Origin: Podarcis muralis
Lineage: Eukaryota
Assembly (NCBI RefSeq): GCF_964188315.1
Contig: NC_135671.1
Span: forward strand, 35,774,001-35,838,000
Direction: 5' to 3'
Length of the DNA: 64,000 bases
Below the pieces are notes generated by a model. That model was given only the letters and a program-made list of their open reading frames with translations. It searched no databases and was not told the DNA's origin. Made by a program: the position numbers and the translations under genes. Below, one piece after another: positions 62,715 through 64,000 of this stretch. How positions within the stretch are numbered: position 1 is the stretch's first letter; every line of letters begins with the position of its first letter.

Positions 62715-64000
62715 AAAAACCCGTAAAAGAAATGGAGTGGCCCTCATAGTCAACAAAAGAGTGGTGAAAGGTGTACTGGGATGCAATCTCAAAAATGATA
62801 GAATGATCTCGATATGAATCCAAGGCAGACCTTTTAACATCACAGTAATCCAAATTTATGCACCTACTGGTGCTGAAGAAACTGAAATTGACCAATTCTA
62901 TGAAGACTTACAACACCTTATAGAAGTGACACCAAAGAAGGATGTTCTTCTCATTATAGGGGATTGGAATGCTATAGTAGGGAATCAAGAGATAAAAGGA
63001 ACAACTGGCAAGTTTGGCCTTGGAGATCAAAACAAAGCAGGGCAAAGGCTAATAGAGTTCTGTCAAGAGAACAACTGGTCATCAGAAACATGCTTTTCCA
63101 ACAACACAAGTGACGACTCTACACATGGACATCACCAGATGGGCAGCATCGAAATCAGATTGGTTATATTCTCTGCAGCCAAAGATGGAGAAGCTCTATA
63201 CAGTCAGCAAAAACAAGACCTGGAGCTGACTGTGGCTCAGATCATCAGCTTCTTATAGCAAATTTCAAGCTTAAATTGAAGAAAGTAGGAAAATCCACTG
63301 GGCCGGTAAGATACAATCTAAATCAAACCCCTTATGAATACACAGTGGAAGTGAGGAACAGGTTTAAGGATTTAGATTTGGTGGACAGAGTGCCTGAAGA
63401 ACTATGGATGGAGGCTCGTAACATTATACAGGAGGCAGCAATGAAAACCATCCCAATGAAAAGGAAATGCAAGAAAGCAAAGTGGCTGTCCAACGAGGCC
63501 TTACATATAGCGGGGGAGAGAAGGCAAGCAAAATGTGAGGGAGATAGTGAAAGATACAGGAAATTGAATGCAGATTTCCAAAAAATAGCAAGGAGAGACA
63601 AGAAGGCCTTCTTAAACGAGGAATGCAAAGAAATAGAGGAAAACAACAGAATGGGAAGAACCAGAGATCTGTTCAAGAAAATCGGAGAAATGAAAGGAAT
63701 ATTTCGTACAAAGATTACCAAAATAAAGGACAAAAGTGGTAAGGACCAAACAGAAGCAGAAGGCATCAAGAAGAGGTGGCAAGAATACACAGAGGAATTA
63801 TACTAGAAAGATATGGATGGCTCGTACACCCCAGGTAGTGTGGTCGCTGACCTTGAGCCAGACATCCTGGAGAGTGAAGTCAAATGTGCCTTAGAAAGCA
63901 CTGCTAATAACAAGGCCAGTGGAAGTGATGCTATTCCAGCTGAACTATTTAAAATTTTTAAAGATGATGCTGTTAAGGTGCTACACTCAATATGCCAGCA
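62715..64000 (+). mobile_element. RTE-BovB LINE, 5'-truncated, runs off the window
   Basis: IIGDWNA, GKFGLGDQNKAGQRLIEFCQEN, VPEELWMEARNII, KKAKWLSNEAL. Confidence 0.92.

Noticed and set aside
1-64000. CRISPR arrays, rRNA genes or prokaryotic systems
   Set aside because: No regularly spaced repeat-spacer array or rRNA-like sequence was seen; the window is eukaryotic.

Overview
Vertebrate genomic DNA, almost certainly from a squamate and probably a lacertid lizard (inferred from lacertid-type Sauria SINEs, Squam3-like SINEs, BovB and copia elements). Bases 1-49,000 are a minus-strand cluster of seven class II, family-1-like olfactory receptor (OR) loci: one 5' fragment at the window edge, four intact ORFs, one heavily decayed pseudogene and one gene broken by a single TGA. 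Three of the intact ORs sit in a triplicated module (A about 13193-22198, B about 25010-33095, C about 33092-46895). Each copy has its own set of insertions (L1, RTE-X-like LINE, copia, solo LTRs, MITEs, hammerhead-bearing Penelope-type repeats), and filled and empty sites can be compared directly. The right end holds a spliced minus-strand C2orf78/DUF4629-like gene (three phase-compatible exons), a 158-N gap and a BovB LINE. The most unusual structures are: (1) two hAT MITEs with interleaved 8-bp target-site duplications (X-M1-Y-spacer-Y-M2-X), which looks like a reintegrated ~353-bp circle; (2) a hammerhead-ribozyme repeat array with a perfect 84-bp hairpin in a predicted OR intron; (3) a hAT element carrying CpG-rich, promoter-like cargo. 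All calls are by eye; no searches were run.
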